Source: Candidatus Coprosoma sp. (GTDB lineage Bacteria > Bacillota_I > Bacilli_A > RF39 > UBA660). From it: DNA of 55,277 bases. Position numbers and translations under genes: made by a program. Below, piece by piece: positions 8,852-18,404 of the stretch. The stretch's first letter is position 1. Every line of letters begins with the position of its first letter. The notes beneath the pieces were generated by a model. It was not told the DNA's origin, ran no database searches, and worked only from the letters and a program-made list of their open reading frames with translations. Location of the stretch: the NCBI GenBank assembly GCA_963928595.1, contig CAWVFK010000014.1, forward strand, positions 1-55,277, written 5' to 3'.

Positions 8852-10885
8852 TTAATTTTTTACTTCTTCTTTATTATTACGCATATCTAAAGTGGCTTCA
8901 TTTATGGCATCGTCAATAGTTTTGATTTCATCGGTAATCATACTATAACCAATGGCAGCTCCAAAACCGTGTGACAATTCTTTAAACTCTTTATTTAATT
9001 TTCTAATATATGTAACAATTGATTTTTCATCATGTCCAATGATAAAGATTAAAAATTCATTACCATTTGTTCTTAAAATTTCACTATCTTTTAACTGATG
9101 ATTGATTAAAATACTAGCAGCTTCAACTATAATCTTATCACCTTCTGCATGACCAAAGTTATCATTGATATAAGCAATATTATTTAAATCAATAATTATT
9201 ACTGATTGTGGATAAGCTTCACTATTATCCCAAGCTTCCATATTATCGTTTAAATAATTACGGTTTTTAAGTGATGTTAGAGTATCAATGTAACGAAGCT
9301 TATCGGTTTTAGAAAGTTTACTATTGATGTCTTTTTTCTTACCTAAAACAATTTTAGTAATAATACCAGCGATAGCAAGTAACACAATGACTAGACAACT
9401 TAAAATCAATTGTAAGTTCTTACTATTATTATTTTCCAAAAGTAAATTTCTATAACTTTCGTGTGTCATTTCCTTAGTGTTTATAAATGAAAGATAAAAA
9501 TTAAAGAAATCATTTAAGTGTTTATCATCATGGTCGTCTTTAGAGATAAATCCATAATTGTTTTCAATATCTAAGGTATGAAGGTTTTTATAATCTTTTA
9601 AGTCTGATCTAACATAATAATCATATGTGTATTCATCGATGGCAGCAACATCAGACGCATTTATATTATTAATTAAATCTCTAATATTATCAAATTCTTT
9701 AGTTTTTATATCATTTGATTTCAAATATCTAGCTATTTTACTATTTTTTATAGTTAAAACAGTAGTATCTTTTAATGAAGATACATTATTAACAACTAAG
9801 TCAGTATCTTTATCAGTAATAACAGCTATTTTACTATCATAAACTGGAATAGTTTGATATATATTATTTAAACCGCTATTATTAAAATTATTTAAAACTA
9901 AATCTAAATTACCTTTTTTAAAATCATTAAGCATAGTTTCGACAGATGAATATTGTTTATAATCTACTTCAATTCCGGCAGTAGCAGCAAAACCACTAAT
10001 TATAGAATGATCAAAGCCTTGCAAACTAGCATTTATCGTAACATCATATGGGGCATTAGCAACAAATCCATAAGTGTATCTTTTGCTTCGAAAATCTGTT
10101 TGGCTTTTTTCAGAGATATCTTTATAATTAAAATAAGTACTAGCTAAATAAGTATTAAATGAATCCTTAAGATTTCTCTCTTTCCATCTATTAAAGTATT
10201 TAGTAAGAATGGTATTTAATCTATCATTATCTCCTAAGGTGATTACATAGTCTATTTTATATTCAGTGATATTATAAGCTATATGCATATCATCTGATGT
10301 CAAAATATTTTCTAAATAGTCAAGTTTTGGTAAAACAATGGCTATTACTTCATTATTGGTTAGGGCATTTAAAACTGCATCATTTGAGTCATATGGTTTA
10401 TAAGTAATATTAGATGAGCCAGTTAAATATTCCTCGATAGCTTTTTGATCATCCTTCGAAACACCGATGGATAGATCTTTTATTTCATTAACATCATTAT
10501 AATATTTATTTTCTTTAGTTATTAAAATGTAATTATCTTGATATAAAACTAAATCATCTGAATCTACTTTGTTTTGTCTAGCAAGAGAATATTCAGCTGT
10601 GGCATCTTCATTAATATCATATGATAATTTGTTAAATTCAAGATCGGTTTCAGTTTCTAAGTCATTTAGAAAGTCAAAAAGTAATCCATCACCATTATCA
10701 CTGACGATTGGTACATCATTTAAAGCTGCAAAGTCAATTACATTATTTTTATTGTCTTCAATCCACTTTTTTTCAACAACAGTTAAAGCTGTTTTTTGGT
10801 CTTCTTTAGTAAAAAAACGGACTACGCCGATAGACCCTAAAATTAATACAACTACTATGATAATTATTCCGATTTTTTTATTCAC
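8852..10885 (-). CDS. Membrane sensor with tandem solute-binding domains and a degenerate GGDEF domain (NGNEF)
   Basis: N-terminal TM, two PBP-like ectodomains, TM, DTLTSLKNR, DLNNIAYINDNFGHAEGD, RTNGNEF; likely GTG start at 10885. Confidence 0.85.
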   Translation of the reverse strand: MNKKIGIIIIVVVLILGSIGVVRFFTKEDQKTALTVVEKKWIEDNKNNVIDFAALNDVPIVSDNGDGLLFDFLNDLETETDLEFNKLSYDINEDATAEYSLARQNKVDSDDLVLYQDNYILITKENKYYNDVNEIKDLSIGVSKDDQKAIEEYLTGSSNITYKPYDSNDAVLNALTNNEVIAIVLPKLDYLENILTSDDMHIAYNITEYKIDYVITLGDNDRLNTILTKYFNRWKERNLKDSFNTYLASTYFNYKDISEKSQTDFRSKRYTYGFVANAPYDVTINASLQGFDHSIISGFAATAGIEVDYKQYSSVETMLNDFKKGNLDLVLNNFNNSGLNNIYQTIPVYDSKIAVITDKDTDLVVNNVSSLKDTTVLTIKNSKIARYLKSNDIKTKEFDNIRDLINNINASDVAAIDEYTYDYYVRSDLKDYKNLHTLDIENNYGFISKDDHDDKHLNDFFNFYLSFINTKEMTHESYRNLLLENNNSKNLQLILSCLVIVLLAIAGIITKIVLGKKKDINSKLSKTDKLRYIDTLTSLKNRNYLNDNMEAWDNSEAYPQSVIIIDLNNIAYINDNFGHAEGDKIIVEAASILINHQLKDSEILRTNGNEFLIFIIGHDEKSIVTYIRKLNKEFKELSHGFGAAIGYSMITDEIKTIDDAINEATLDMRNNKEEVKN

Positions 10886-11345
10886 TGCTTCCAACCTCGT
10901 TCCCGTATGTAAAATTATCTTCTGTCTTATGTTTGTATCCAGCGATTGGGTAATTGTCATTATCTTCTTCTGTGTCAATTAAGATTTGAATATCATAGTA
11001 TTCCTTATCATCGTCAGAAATCTTATCTAAAATGGTGTCACCTAGTTTTTTAGCATCATCAGCACTCATATCATTACTGACAGTGATGATGAAGTTTAAG
11101 ATACGTCCTTCATTATTATAAGTAACATCTTTTACTTTATCATTTCCTTTTAATGAACTTTCAATATCATTAACAGTATCTGATGATATTTTGTGTTTAT
11201 CAATACCATCAAGGCGATCACCATATTTGTTATTACTGAAGACAGGAATAATAAATAACCATATAATTATTAAGAAAAAAATAACTAAAAATGCAATTCC
11301 ACCAATCATACATTGTTTTTTATGGGTTTTAAAAAAGTCTTTCAT
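10878..11345 (-). CDS. Single-TM exported protein of unknown function
   Basis: N-terminal TM helix, acidic ectodomain, GAGGTG RBS; 8-nt overlap with the GGDEF gene. Confidence 0.7.
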   Translation of the reverse strand: MKDFFKTHKKQCMIGGIAFLVIFFLIIIWLFIIPVFSNNKYGDRLDGIDKHKISSDTVNDIESSLKGNDKVKDVTYNNEGRILNFIITVSNDMSADDAKKLGDTILDKISDDDKEYYDIQILIDTEEDNDNYPIAGYKHKTEDNFTYGNEVGSSE

Positions 11346-11385
11346 TATATCACCTCAAACATTATACTATATTTTATATTAATTT

Positions 11386-12426
11386 TCAAACTTCACTGAT
11401 GACATATGGGTTGGTTTCTGAACCAGTACCGCCAATTATTTTAACGTTTTCATCAACAGTTAAAACTGGACGAACGTTTAAAGTTTCTGTACTACTTACA
11501 GTACTAATTAAACCATTATTTATAACATAAACATTACCATTTAAACTATTCAATGTATACTCAGCGCCATTTGTTTCAGAAAAATCTGACAAGTAATTAC
11601 CAACTGTACATTCAGCTTCATTACCTGAGATACATTTTAAATTATTAGAGGCATTTAAATAATCCTCAGTAGTTAAAAGACCAACAGTAATGTTTTCACT
11701 ATTGATACATTCATCATCATTATATGCTAAACAGAACTTTGATGCTTTAAATTCCCCAACACTATTTAAACTGTTATAAAAAGTATTGTTTAAATAAGTT
11801 TTGACAGTAGAATCATTAAAATCAGTACTACCATCGTTATCCCAAGATATTTGGGCAGTTTGTTCATTACTAATGATTTTAATACTACCATCACTATTGT
11901 TACTTAAAATGCGCCATAATTTACCATCCAATTTTAGATAGTTGTCGGGATTATCTCCTTTATATATACCGCCATCTGCTACTAAGACATCTTTTTTTTT
12001 AGAATTATTAATGATAGTTGTCGATAAATTATTTACAGATACTTCATTTGACTTAGATGCGGTATCAATATATTTATAAGTAAATTGTTTGATACTACTA
12101 TCATATTTTATTTCGACATTGCCGGTTAAATTTTTACTACTATTACGAGGATCTTTGACTTCATCGTCAGATATATACCCTTCTTCTAGCAATGTATTAA
12201 CAGAAAGACGATAAACAGTCCCATTATCTGGAAGAGTACTCGCATTATCAATACTCCAGTTTTTAGCGGCAGATTCAATAACAGCAACTTGATCTTTATA
12301 AGCACTTTCCCTAGAGTTTCTGATTACTGAACCAATGGCTGGATAAACAATTAAAGCGATTAAAGCTAATATGGCAACAACAGCTATTAATTCAACTAAA
12401 GTAAAACCTCTTTTATTTCCTTTCAT
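11386..12426 (-). CDS. Type IV pilin-like protein with a large C-terminal extension
   Basis: Class III signal KRG|FTLVELIAVV; ComGC-like VNTLLEEGYI; extra domain of about 220 aa (NYLKLDGKLWRIL...VRPVL). Confidence 0.85.
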   Translation of the reverse strand: MKGNKRGFTLVELIAVVAILALIALIVYPAIGSVIRNSRESAYKDQVAVIESAAKNWSIDNASTLPDNGTVYRLSVNTLLEEGYISDDEVKDPRNSSKNLTGNVEIKYDSSIKQFTYKYIDTASKSNEVSVNNLSTTIINNSKKKDVLVADGGIYKGDNPDNYLKLDGKLWRILSNNSDGSIKIISNEQTAQISWDNDGSTDFNDSTVKTYLNNTFYNSLNSVGEFKASKFCLAYNDDECINSENITVGLLTTEDYLNASNNLKCISGNEAECTVGNYLSDFSETNGAEYTLNSLNGNVYVINNGLISTVSSTETLNVRPVLTVDENVKIIGGTGSETNPYVISEV

Positions 12427-12520
12427 GTGATCACCTATTCTATTTAAATTATAAATTAATTAGTGGTCAAAGTCAACCAACCCGTGATATAATACTGTTG
12501 TATTTTTTCGGGGTGATTTT

Positions 12521-14614
12521 ATGAAAACTGAGCTTTTGAGTCCAGCTGGTAATATGGAAACTTTAATTGCTGCTTGTAATAACGGTGCGGATGCAGTGTA
12601 TGTTGGAGGAAAGGTGTTTGGAGCGAGAGCCTTCGCACCTAATTTTTCTAATGCAGAACTCAAGGAAGCTGTCCAATATTGTCATTTATATGGGGTTAAA
12701 TTATATGTAACTGCTAATACAGTGGTGTTTGAAAATGAAATAGATGATTTTTTAGAATATATGAAATTTTTATATAAAATTGGTGTCGATGCGGTGATTA
12801 TGCAGGATCTTGGAATGATTAGTCTAGTTAGAACATTAATTCCTAATTTAGAGATTCATGCATCAACACAGATTAATTGTCACAATGATGAAAGTTTATA
12901 TTTACTTCATGATATGGGAGTTACTAGAGCTGTTTTAGCTAGAGAGATGAATATAGATGAAATAAAAGCTTTAAGATGTCCCATCGAGAAGGAAGTATTT
13001 ATTCATGGGGCTTTATGCGTAGCTTATAGTGGACAATGTCTATTTAGTAGTTTAAATGGTGGTAGAAGTGGTAATCGAGGTAGTTGTACTGGTTCATGCA
13101 GATTACCTTATAAATTATATGATGATAAAGAAGAGTTAAAAACTAAGGACAAATATTTACTTAGTACTAAAGAACTTTGTTCGGTTAATAATATTAAAAC
13201 AATACTGGATTTAAAAATTGATAGTTTAAAGATTGAAGGAAGGATGAAAAGTCCAGAATATGTGGGTTATGTCACCAATGTATACCGAAGACTTATCGAT
13301 GAATATTATTCAGGAGGCAACCCCACTATTACTGAAGAAGAGATGTATAATTTAACAACGCTTTTCAACAGAGAGTTTACACAAGGATATTTATTTAACG
13401 ATAATATTTACAATACTAAAACGCCCAACCATTTGGGGGCGACACTTGGAAAAGTAATTAAAGTTAACAAACATAAAATATTTATAAAATTATATCACGA
13501 TTTAGTTCAAGAAGATGGGATAAGGTTTTGTGAAAGTTCTAAAGGAACGATTGTCAATAAACTTTATAATGAAAAAGGATTACTAGTAAATCATGTAAAT
13601 AAAGGTGAGATTGCGGTAATCGATAATAAAATTGGGCTTAGTAGTAAAGATAATGTGAATAAGACCATTTCTAAGAAATTGATGAGAACGATTAATAAAG
13701 TTAGTTCGAAAAAAATCCCGATTACCATTAAATTAAAAGCTTTAGTTAATCAAAATTTAGAATTATTAATTAGTGATGGGATTAATAAAATTACTGAAAA
13801 ATCAATTGTGTTAGATAAAGCAAGAAATAAATCTACAACTAAAGAAGAAGTCTATTCTAAATTAAATAAGCTGGGCTCTACTCCATTTTATTTAGATAAA
13901 TGTGAAATTCAGTTAGATAATGTATTTATTCCAATGAGTTTTCTCAACAATCTTAGAAGAAAAGTTTGTGACGAACTTATATCTAAAAGATGTGAGTGTA
14001 ATAATAAGGTTAATTTTAAATATGAAAAAAAGATTATTAATGTCGAAAATAATTCAATGAGTATATTGGTTAGAAACGAAGAACAATTGAAATGGGTTTT
14101 AGGTAAAATGAGAATATATACTGAAGATTATGACTTGTATTTAAAATATAAAGATAAAAATGTATTTTATAAGTTACCTAGAATAATGCATGATTTTCCT
14201 GATTATAATGGTGAAAAATTATTAGTGAGTGAACTTGGTGGCATTTACAAATATAGTAAAAATAATGTGGTGATTGCGGATTATCCGCTTAATATTACAA
14301 ATAGCGAAACGGTTAATTTTTTACACAGTTTAGGAGTTAAAATATCGACAATGTCACCTGAGGTTACAGATGATGAAATGGAAAAATATTGTTATCCTAT
14401 AGAAAAGATAATCTATGGAAAACCCGATTTAATGATATTAAAAACATTTAGAAAAGATGGGAAATATTTAAAAAATAATATAGGTAATTATTTTCCGATT
14501 ATTCACGGTGAATATACAACGATTTTACACCACCAAAATATTAATGTAAAAAATGAGAGAGGCCGTATTATTTTATTTGATGAGACAGAAAAAGAGATTA
14601 AAAATTTGATTTAA
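12521..14614 (+). CDS. U32 family RNA hydroxylase (RlhA/TrhP-like) with C-terminal extension
   Basis: ELLSPAG, GADAVYVGG, HGALCVAYSGQC...GNRGSCTGSCR Fe-S motif, SLKIEGRMK. Confidence 0.88.
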   Translation: MKTELLSPAGNMETLIAACNNGADAVYVGGKVFGARAFAPNFSNAELKEAVQYCHLYGVKLYVTANTVVFENEIDDFLEYMKFLYKIGVDAVIMQDLGMISLVRTLIPNLEIHASTQINCHNDESLYLLHDMGVTRAVLAREMNIDEIKALRCPIEKEVFIHGALCVAYSGQCLFSSLNGGRSGNRGSCTGSCRLPYKLYDDKEELKTKDKYLLSTKELCSVNNIKTILDLKIDSLKIEGRMKSPEYVGYVTNVYRRLIDEYYSGGNPTITEEEMYNLTTLFNREFTQGYLFNDNIYNTKTPNHLGATLGKVIKVNKHKIFIKLYHDLVQEDGIRFCESSKGTIVNKLYNEKGLLVNHVNKGEIAVIDNKIGLSSKDNVNKTISKKLMRTINKVSSKKIPITIKLKALVNQNLELLISDGINKITEKSIVLDKARNKSTTKEEVYSKLNKLGSTPFYLDKCEIQLDNVFIPMSFLNNLRRKVCDELISKRCECNNKVNFKYEKKIINVENNSMSILVRNEEQLKWVLGKMRIYTEDYDLYLKYKDKNVFYKLPRIMHDFPDYNGEKLLVSELGGIYKYSKNNVVIADYPLNITNSETVNFLHSLGVKISTMSPEVTDDEMEKYCYPIEKIIYGKPDLMILKTFRKDGKYLKNNIGNYFPIIHGEYTTILHHQNINVKNERGRIILFDETEKEIKNLI

Positions 14615-14654
14615 TCTCTTTTTATTTAAATTAACAAGATTAGGACTTTAATTC

Positions 14655-15746
14655 CTAATCTTGTTTAACGAAATGATCGAAATCAGATTCTCTTAATGTG
14701 AATTTGTATGCTGTCGCATTATTTACGATGACAAATACACTTTCAACATTTTCTTTAACTTCGAAGTAAAGTATTGGTGAATGCAATTCTTCTTCAACAT
14801 CTACTAAGTCGTTAAAGTTCTTAACATTGATAACATCATATTTTTCTAAGTCTGGCATATTGTGAGTTTCAGCGATGATATCAGCATATTCTTTTAAGAT
14901 CTTGTTAAGAGCTAGAACATATTCAGATTTTCTAGTTACAGCAAGTAGACTCTTAGCTAAGATTTTGAATGCTACTAATGAGATAACTAATAATACAATA
15001 CCAAACATTAATAATGGAATATTGATTTCAGCTGTTTCTTCAGCTGATTTATAAATTGTATCTCCACCACTATTTACATAGTTAGGTTTAATATTCATGG
15101 TTTGTTGTAATAATGGAATTTCTAATACCATAGTGTTTGTAGCTTGCATTTTTTCATCACTTACACCAGCTAAGCCAGCAGTAATATTAATTTTAACGCT
15201 TAAATCAACTCTCGCATCCAATGATAAACCAAATTGATTACGGAAATCAGTCATAATATCATTATATTGATTGTAATTTAATCGAACATTTTTGCTGATA
15301 GTGAATGAATCACCAGTACCACTTTGACTAGCTTGGTTAGCTATAGGATATTCTTTTGACCAAACTTCAACATCTTCTCCATCTGTGTTTTGATATAGTC
15401 CTTTAGCTGTGGCAACTATTGAATAAGTATAACTATAATCAAGTTCTTTAGTACTTTGGAAATTATAAGATGCATCAACATCAATATAATCAATTAATGA
15501 AGTAATATACTGTTTATTCATTCCAAGATAAGGTGATGTAAAGAATTGATTATCTTTTAAGTATACTTTATAATTTAAATTTGAATTATAAGTATATGAA
15601 TATAATTTTTCTTGAGCAGCTTGTTCAGGATTCAAGCTTTTAACAATTGATACAATGGATACCACCGTAACGGCGATTACAGCGATTAATAAGAATACTC
15701 TAATCCACTGTTTTAAAATTATTTGATTTTCATTTTTTTGTTTCAT
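14655..15746 (-). CDS. DUF5305-like membrane protein (TM, ectodomain, TM, cytoplasmic domain)
   Basis: Two TM helices flank a beta-rich ectodomain (IDYIDVDASYNF, VWSKEYP); directly downstream of the S26B peptidase; family name assigned from memory. Confidence 0.6.
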   Translation of the reverse strand: MKQKNENQIILKQWIRVFLLIAVIAVTVVSIVSIVKSLNPEQAAQEKLYSYTYNSNLNYKVYLKDNQFFTSPYLGMNKQYITSLIDYIDVDASYNFQSTKELDYSYTYSIVATAKGLYQNTDGEDVEVWSKEYPIANQASQSGTGDSFTISKNVRLNYNQYNDIMTDFRNQFGLSLDARVDLSVKINITAGLAGVSDEKMQATNTMVLEIPLLQQTMNIKPNYVNSGGDTIYKSAEETAEINIPLLMFGIVLLVISLVAFKILAKSLLAVTRKSEYVLALNKILKEYADIIAETHNMPDLEKYDVINVKNFNDLVDVEEELHSPILYFEVKENVESVFVIVNNATAYKFTLRESDFDHFVKQD

Positions 15747-15762
15747 CTTTCTTCTCCCCTTC

Positions 15763-16911
15763 TTATGATATTGCACCACTTAGCCATACTGATGGATATC
15801 CAATCAATGGTATAACAAATGATACTTTTCCTTTTACATCTTCTAAAGCAACTTTATCAGCATCAACAGCATTGTTATGATCACCTTTGGTAATGAACTG
15901 TTTGTTGCCTTTACTGTCATTAGTAATTTCTACTATTCTATGAACAACATATTTTGTTCCACTAACGAATTGAATTATGTCTCCTTTTTTCAATTCATCT
16001 TTTTCTCTGGTGGTAAGTTTATTAACTACTACTGCATCACCTCGATTAAATGTTGGTGACATACTACCAGATAAAACAGCAATTGGTTGATATTTGAATA
16101 ATCCCATAACGAAGCCGGCAAGTAATGCGATAAATGCGAATACTGGGACATATACCACCGGGTTATAACTTCGCCTTTCTCTTTTAGATAGTCTTTCTGA
16201 TCTATTTACATGAACATAGTTCATATAGATATAAATTGCGAGTGGTAAGGTTACACCAACTATTGCAGTAGCAAACCAATCTAGATTTGGAATGATTGGT
16301 ACAATGAATGGCGGAACGGTGACAAACAATCTATAAATAATAGAAAATTTAGCTCCACCTATATATACTAGATAAGTAGCCAAAGCACTTTCTAATATAG
16401 CTGGTATTAAAGTAGTTGAAGAATAAATAAATATTTCTTTTAAATCTGTAAAATGACTACCAATATTAGAATAGTTTAAGTTTATTAACATAAATATTAT
16501 AGTCATTAAAATAAAGTTCATAGCTTTTTTCTTTTCGTTTTTGACTAAGGCTTCTCTAATAAATTCTTGGAAGAAAACAAGTCCAGCAAAAGACCATAAG
16601 TTTTTCAAAATACTAAGTAGATCTTTTGAGTAAGGTGTTTTTTCAAAACCAAAAATTAATCCGAGTAAGAGGTAAACGATTATATAAATGATAAGTGCTA
16701 TAATTAAACTTTGTGTTTTATCTTGTTCACCCTTGACCCTTAAACTAGAATCTCGACTTAGGAAAATAGCAATTCCACACATGAAAATCCATATAAACGG
16801 ATGAATAATTTCATTATAATAGTTGAGATTTAGTGGGACAATGACAAAGACATTTAATACTAAATATATAATTAATAAACTATATATTATTAGGTTCTTT
16901 TTCATAATCAT
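15763..16911 (-). CDS. sipW: SipW/ER-type signal peptidase I (S26B) fused to an N-terminal polytopic membrane domain
   Basis: VLSGSMSP (Ser), GDAVV, VVHRIV (His) and TKGDHNNAVD motifs in the C-terminal ~130 aa; about 7-8 TM helices N-terminal. Confidence 0.85.
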   Translation of the reverse strand: MIMKKNLIIYSLLIIYLVLNVFVIVPLNLNYYNEIIHPFIWIFMCGIAIFLSRDSSLRVKGEQDKTQSLIIALIIYIIVYLLLGLIFGFEKTPYSKDLLSILKNLWSFAGLVFFQEFIREALVKNEKKKAMNFILMTIIFMLINLNYSNIGSHFTDLKEIFIYSSTTLIPAILESALATYLVYIGGAKFSIIYRLFVTVPPFIVPIIPNLDWFATAIVGVTLPLAIYIYMNYVHVNRSERLSKRERRSYNPVVYVPVFAFIALLAGFVMGLFKYQPIAVLSGSMSPTFNRGDAVVVNKLTTREKDELKKGDIIQFVSGTKYVVHRIVEITNDSKGNKQFITKGDHNNAVDADKVALEDVKGKVSFVIPLIGYPSVWLSGAIS

Positions 16912-16921
16912 ACCCCTTTTT

Positions 16922-16978
16922 AATAGTTTTCCCTACTATTCTATAATGAATTATAGCATAACATTTTGAAGTTGACAA
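16922..16978 (-). promoter_or_regulatory. Sigma-A promoter and leader hairpin of the sipW-DUF5305 unit
   Basis: TTGTCA-17-TATAAT with extended TG; AATAGT-agggaaa-ACTATT hairpin before the RBS. Confidence 0.7.
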
Positions 16979-17052
16979 CTGTAATTTTGGAATTTTTTAA
17001 GGCATTTTTATTTATTGACATTTTTAGAAAAGAAAAAGCTCATTTTTTGAGC

Positions 17053-17610
17053 TTAAGCTTGAACATATGTCATTGTTACTGTTAAATCAGCTGTAACATT
17101 TTGAGCATTTCCTTGTCCCTCTGCTTTGTCAACGAATTCAGCAACAATTGTAATTGTAGCCCTACCATCATTCGCATTTAAAGTTCCAGTTCCTGGACTT
17201 GTAACAGTGTATTTAATGTTACCGTCCTCACTAGTAGCAACTAAACCTTGAATGTCCATGCCTGGAGTGTCGCTTGATAAAGTAATATTGCTTAATCTAG
17301 CGTCTAGGGTTCCAGCATTTACAATTGGGATTGTATATGTGATTTTGTCTCCTGGACTTGTAAAGTTGGCTGTAAAGGTTGCTTGTAATCCACCTTCTTC
17401 AACATTAACTGATCCAGTTGGAGTTGTTCCCATTGTAGATTCTGGATTATAGGCTGCGCCATCACTTTCCATATGAACATCCCAACTTGAAGTAATTTCA
17501 GCACTTCCGTTAATTGTTAGTTGTTGAGCAAATGCGGCATAACCTACAGCCATAACAAATACTACAGCTAATAGTGCACCAATTAGAGCATTTTTGTGTT
17601 TACTTTCCAC
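17053..17610 (-). CDS. TasA/CalY-like SipW substrate, array copy 4
   Basis: GTG start at 17610 (MESKHKN) behind AAAGGA; GYAAFAQQLTINGSAEI; SPGDKITYTIPIVNAGT; ends YVQA. Confidence 0.8.
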   Translation of the reverse strand: MESKHKNALIGALLAVVFVMAVGYAAFAQQLTINGSAEITSSWDVHMESDGAAYNPESTMGTTPTGSVNVEEGGLQATFTANFTSPGDKITYTIPIVNAGTLDARLSNITLSSDTPGMDIQGLVATSEDGNIKYTVTSPGTGTLNANDGRATITIVAEFVDKAEGQGNAQNVTADLTVTMTYVQA

Positions 17611-17629
17611 GTTTTCCATCCTTTCTTTT

Positions 17630-17683
17630 AAGTAGTCTTTGCTACCTTAAATATAATATACCATATTTTGATTTTCTCTTCAA
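17630..17683 (-). promoter_or_regulatory. Promoter and leader hairpin of array copy 4
   Basis: TTGAAG-17-TATATT with TG; AGGTAG-caaaga-CTACTT hairpin (one G-U pair). Confidence 0.65.
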
Positions 17684-17725
17684 GATTGAACATAAAAGAA
17701 AAGCCAAAAGGCTTTTCTATAAGTT

Positions 17726-18280
17726 TTATGCTTGTATAGCATCAACAGTAATGTTAACACTTGCTGACTGTGTTGTACCAACTGATGTAGCACTTGAAAT
17801 AAATTCAGCTTTTACAGTCATAGTAGCTTCTTCACTTGCATCGATAGTTGTTGGATTTGGTCTAGTTACTGTAAATTGAATGTTACCTTTTTTAGCAACT
17901 AAGGCAGTTCCATCCTCATCACCAGTCATAGTAACAACAGGCTCTTGTAATTCAGCATTAATAGTTCCATTATTTTGGATTGTTAGTGTAAATGTAACAG
18001 TATCTCCTGGTTGAACTAAATTAGCTGTTAATGTAGCATTATGTCCATCAGTATAGTTAATTGTTCCTGATGGGGAAGTTCCTCCCGCAAAACCAGCAAC
18101 TGAGTCAATAACCCCAGCACCTGTTGTTTTAGATTGATCGAATGCAATATCCCATCTTGATGTTATTTCAGCACTTCCGTTAATTGTTAGTTGTTGAGCA
18201 AATGCGGCATATCCTACGGCCATAACAAATACTACTGCTAATAAAGTGCCTATCAAGATATTTTTGTGTTTACTTTCCAT
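17726..18280 (-). CDS. TasA/CalY-like SipW substrate, array copy 3
   Basis: GYAAFAQQLTINGSAEI; QPGDTVTFTLTIQNNGT; GGAGG RBS. Confidence 0.8.
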   Translation of the reverse strand: MESKHKNILIGTLLAVVFVMAVGYAAFAQQLTINGSAEITSRWDIAFDQSKTTGAGVIDSVAGFAGGTSPSGTINYTDGHNATLTANLVQPGDTVTFTLTIQNNGTINAELQEPVVTMTGDEDGTALVAKKGNIQFTVTRPNPTTIDASEEATMTVKAEFISSATSVGTTQSASVNITVDAIQA

Positions 18281-18305
18281 GTCATACCTCCTTGTATAAT
18301 ATTTT

Positions 18306-18358
18306 AAGTAGTCTCTCTACTCTATAAAGATATTATCATATTTTTTTGTGTACTTCAA
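18306..18358 (-). promoter_or_regulatory. Promoter and leader hairpin of array copy 3
   Basis: TTGAAG-17-TAATAT; GAGTAG-agaga-CTACTT hairpin. Confidence 0.65.
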
Positions 18359-18404
18359 GAAGAAAAAAAGAAAAACTTTGAAGTTTCTCTTTTCTTGACG
18401 TAAA

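Noticed and set aside
4952-14047. TGTCGAA/TTCGACA 0A-box matches near 4952, 9938, 12113 and 14041
   Set aside because: All lie inside coding sequence and are plausibly chance hits; only the intergenic one at spo0A was kept
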